Shown: one piece after another, positions 61,753 to 64,000 of the stretch
How positions within the stretch are numbered: position 1 is the first letter of the stretch
Layout: every line of letters starts with the position of its first letter
NCBI GenBank assembly: GCA_963769425.1
Contig: CAVYLP010000006.1
Span: forward strand, 64,001-128,000
Length of the DNA stretch: 64,000 bases
From: Candidatus Bathyarchaeota archaeon
Lineage (GTDB): Archaea; Thermoproteota; Bathyarchaeia; TCS64
Reading direction: 5' to 3'
Program-made: the position numbers and the translations under genes
Notes under the pieces: model-generated
Seen by the model: only the letters and a program-made list of their open reading frames with translations
Told to the model about the DNA's origin: nothing
Database searches by the model: none

Positions 61753-62139
61753 GTGACAGATTTCATACAAGCCTATACTATGCCGGAAAAATTTGCTGTT
61801 GATTTGCCATTAGAGAAGATTGTGTGCGATGAGAATGTTGACTCCGAGTACGCGAGGAGCCTCGCTGAAGTGGACGTCTTAAAATTTAAGCCGATCGTGG
61901 TCATTAAGCACCCCAAGAAGGAGATATACGCGGTCCTCGATGGACACCATCGCCTAGAGGCCGTGAAACTCAGGGGGCTTAAGACCATAAGGGCCACGGT
62001 TGTGGATGATTATACAGGTTTGGGCTTTGAGTTGACGAAGCAGGGGCTATTCCAGCCCTCAGCCGAGTTCACGAGGTATATCAGAGTCCCGATAAAGAGG
62101 TTCGCTGAGGACATGCGTCGCTTTTTGTTTGATTCATAG
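61753..62139 (+). CDS. Stand-alone ParB/sulfiredoxin N-terminal domain protein
   Basis: PIVV....Y.VLDGHHRLEA motif; no HTH or dimerisation domain visible. Confidence 0.82.
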   Translation: MTDFIQAYTMPEKFAVDLPLEKIVCDENVDSEYARSLAEVDVLKFKPIVVIKHPKKEIYAVLDGHHRLEAVKLRGLKTIRATVVDDYTGLGFELTKQGLFQPSAEFTRYIRVPIKRFAEDMRRFLFDS

Positions 62140-62183
62140 AGTGTTGGGTGATCTCAATCCACATCCGAGATCATCCAAAACGC

Positions 62184-62555
62184 GCAACGGTGGCCACTTA
62201 TACCGCAACGACTGCAACTTATACCGTTTTTCCTCACAAAACCTTACCCATCTGAGCCGTTTCCAAGCCCCTTTACCGATTCAGGTCAATAAAAACGCTT
62301 AGACGCCTGTCTTTATCTGTCTTTTTTAGTATATTATTTGTCTATTTCCGTCTATTTCTGTCTTATTCTGTCTATTTCTGTCTTCCTTATAAGTGGCGGC
62401 TGTTGCGGAGCTGTCCCTTGTATGCGGTGGCTGTTGCGCTTTGTAACAGTAGCAGTTGCGCATGTAAGTGGTGGCCGTTACAGGATTCTTCACTGTATAA
62501 GGTGGTTGTTGCACGTTGTAATGGTGGCCGCTATGCGTTGTATTCAATAATTGCG
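62184..62555. repeat. Inverted array of ~19-bp repeats flanking a 10-bp tandem repeat tract
   Basis: Consensus TRTAAGTGGYGGCYGTTGC: reverse copies at 62184 and 62205, forward copies at 62388, 62419, 62442, 62463, 62494, 62517; central CTGTCTWWTT-like decamers at 62307-62387. Confidence 0.85.
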
Positions 62556-62637
62556 AAGTAAGTGAATCTGGCCCCGGTTTAGGGATCGGTAGGTGTTCTA
62601 AACTCTAGGATTATAATACCTAACCCCGATCCACTAG

Positions 62638-63912
62638 GTGATGAACCCAAGTAAGCGTCGCCTGATGGCAGGAGTAATTCTGTTACTGATTTTAGGCGGA
62701 GTGGGGATCGTGATCAACTACCTAGCACCAAGCCTCGCCTACGCCGACTCGGATACGAAGGCTGCGAGCATAAACAAGTCAATCGTCGCCGCGAACACGG
62801 ATTTCGCCGTCCACCTTCTGAAGGAACTGCAGAACGAGCAAACGGGTAAAGATATTTTCGTTTCACCTCTTAGTGTCTCGATAGCTCTCTCAATGGCTTA
62901 CAATGGGGCTAACTCGACTACTAAGGAGGCGATGGCGAGCGCCCTCGGCTTCAGTGGTATGAGCGACGACGCCGTCAACGCGGGTTTCAGTGACCTCATA
63001 GGAAGCCTGCTCAGCGTGGATAGGGACGTGAGCCTAAACATAGGCGACTCAGTCTGGATTAGGTCGTCCTTCGCTTCGGCGGTGAATCCGGGATTTACTA
63101 GCGCTCTCTCAGGGTACTACCGGAGCGTCATCTACTCCAAGTCCTTCGATTCGTCCACTGTCGACGAGGTCAACGCCTGGGTTAGCAAGGAGACGAACGG
63201 CAAGATCACTAAGCTCCTCGACAAGATCGACGGCGACAACGTCATGTTCCTCATAAACGCAATCTACTTCAAAGGGGGCTGGGTTAACGAATTCGACGCA
63301 TCCCAAACACGCAAGGCGAACTTCACGACGGCTGACGGGTCCACAGTCAACGTCGACATGATGTCTAGGGGCGGAAGCTACGCCTACTACGGCGACGCCG
63401 AGGTCCAGGTGGCGAGGCTTCCCTATGGCAGGGACAAGATCGCAATGTACATACTATTACCCACGGATGGCAGCAGCCTCGACTCGTTCGTCAGCGGTCT
63501 CACCGGGGAGAAACTGTCATCGTACTTCGACAGGATGAGCAGCACAGAGCTGGATCTCAAAATGCCTAAACTAAAACTCGAATACGGGAAGGTAGACCTC
63601 AAAGATGCTCTGACAAACCTCGGTATGGGCATCGCATTCGACCGTAGCGCCGCGGACTTCAGCAGAATCGCGGATGTTAGCCCCGAGAGACTCTACATCG
63701 CCTTCGTCGACCACAAAGCAGTCATAGAGGTAAACGAGAAGGGAACGGAAGCCGCAGCCGCGACGAACGTGGGAATATCCGTGACCTCCATGCCCATGAG
63801 GACCCCCCTTACAGTGGATAGGCCCTACATGTTCGTAATCAGGGATGACCGGTCAGGATCGATCCTCTTCTCTGGCTTGATCACGGACCCAACCCAGCAG
63901 ACCTCACCATAA
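62638..63912 (+). CDS. Serpin (serine protease inhibitor) with N-terminal membrane anchor
   Basis: IFVSPLS, NAIYFKG.W, hinge EKGTEAAAAT, DRPYMF.I. Confidence 0.95.
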   Translation: MMNPSKRRLMAGVILLLILGGVGIVINYLAPSLAYADSDTKAASINKSIVAANTDFAVHLLKELQNEQTGKDIFVSPLSVSIALSMAYNGANSTTKEAMASALGFSGMSDDAVNAGFSDLIGSLLSVDRDVSLNIGDSVWIRSSFASAVNPGFTSALSGYYRSVIYSKSFDSSTVDEVNAWVSKETNGKITKLLDKIDGDNVMFLINAIYFKGGWVNEFDASQTRKANFTTADGSTVNVDMMSRGGSYAYYGDAEVQVARLPYGRDKIAMYILLPTDGSSLDSFVSGLTGEKLSSYFDRMSSTELDLKMPKLKLEYGKVDLKDALTNLGMGIAFDRSAADFSRIADVSPERLYIAFVDHKAVIEVNEKGTEAAAATNVGISVTSMPMRTPLTVDRPYMFVIRDDRSGSILFSGLITDPTQQTSP

Positions 63913-64000
63913 ACCAAGATAGCGTCAAAATAATTGTGTGAATAGACGCGATCGGGACACAATCGCCTCATGATAAGGTTTAAACGGGTGGTCCATGTGT

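Noticed and set aside
62326-62550. ORFs 62326-62547(-) and 62338-62550(+), or a CRISPR array
   Set aside because: The ORFs are translations of the DNA repeats; the repeats are degenerate, in both orientations and separated by only 2-12 nt, unlike CRISPR

Overview
Archaeal chromosomal segment, with Alba, Cbf5, archaeal CoaD, DUF371, an archaeosortase and TATA-type promoters. Gene content suggests Bathyarchaeia or a related TACK lineage (inference). At least 14 genes are split or fused by single-base indels, which points to an imperfectly polished long-read assembly. Main content: (i) a pyrrolysine-free methyltransferase cluster (two divergent MtmB-like genes, a corrinoid protein, a RamA/RACo-type activator, an MFS transporter); (ii) nrdH-nrdD divergent from a stand-alone CARF-wHTH regulator; (iii) two copies of an Lrp-Lrp-amtB module with no GlnK, flanking tRNA-Gln(TTG); (iv) an archaeosortase and three candidate substrates ending in [VI]P[GA][FY]xxE-TM-basic, one with a superoxide-reductase-like metal site; (v) a DUF1537 kinase-pdxA2-LarA-like operon, a molybdopterin oxidoreductase, pentose-phosphate genes and a serpin. 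The most unusual signals are non-coding: an inverted, helically phased 19-bp repeat array around a 10-bp-periodic pyrimidine-rich core next to a ParB-N-only gene (62184-62555); two structured elements upstream of a small PD-(D/E)XK-like ORF (453-947); three ~100-bp units resembling tandem mini transcription units (3825-4095); and a hairpin-rich ~540-bp element bounded by an ~80-bp imperfect inverted repeat after cbf5 (25644-26186). All calls are from motif recognition by eye; no searches were run.
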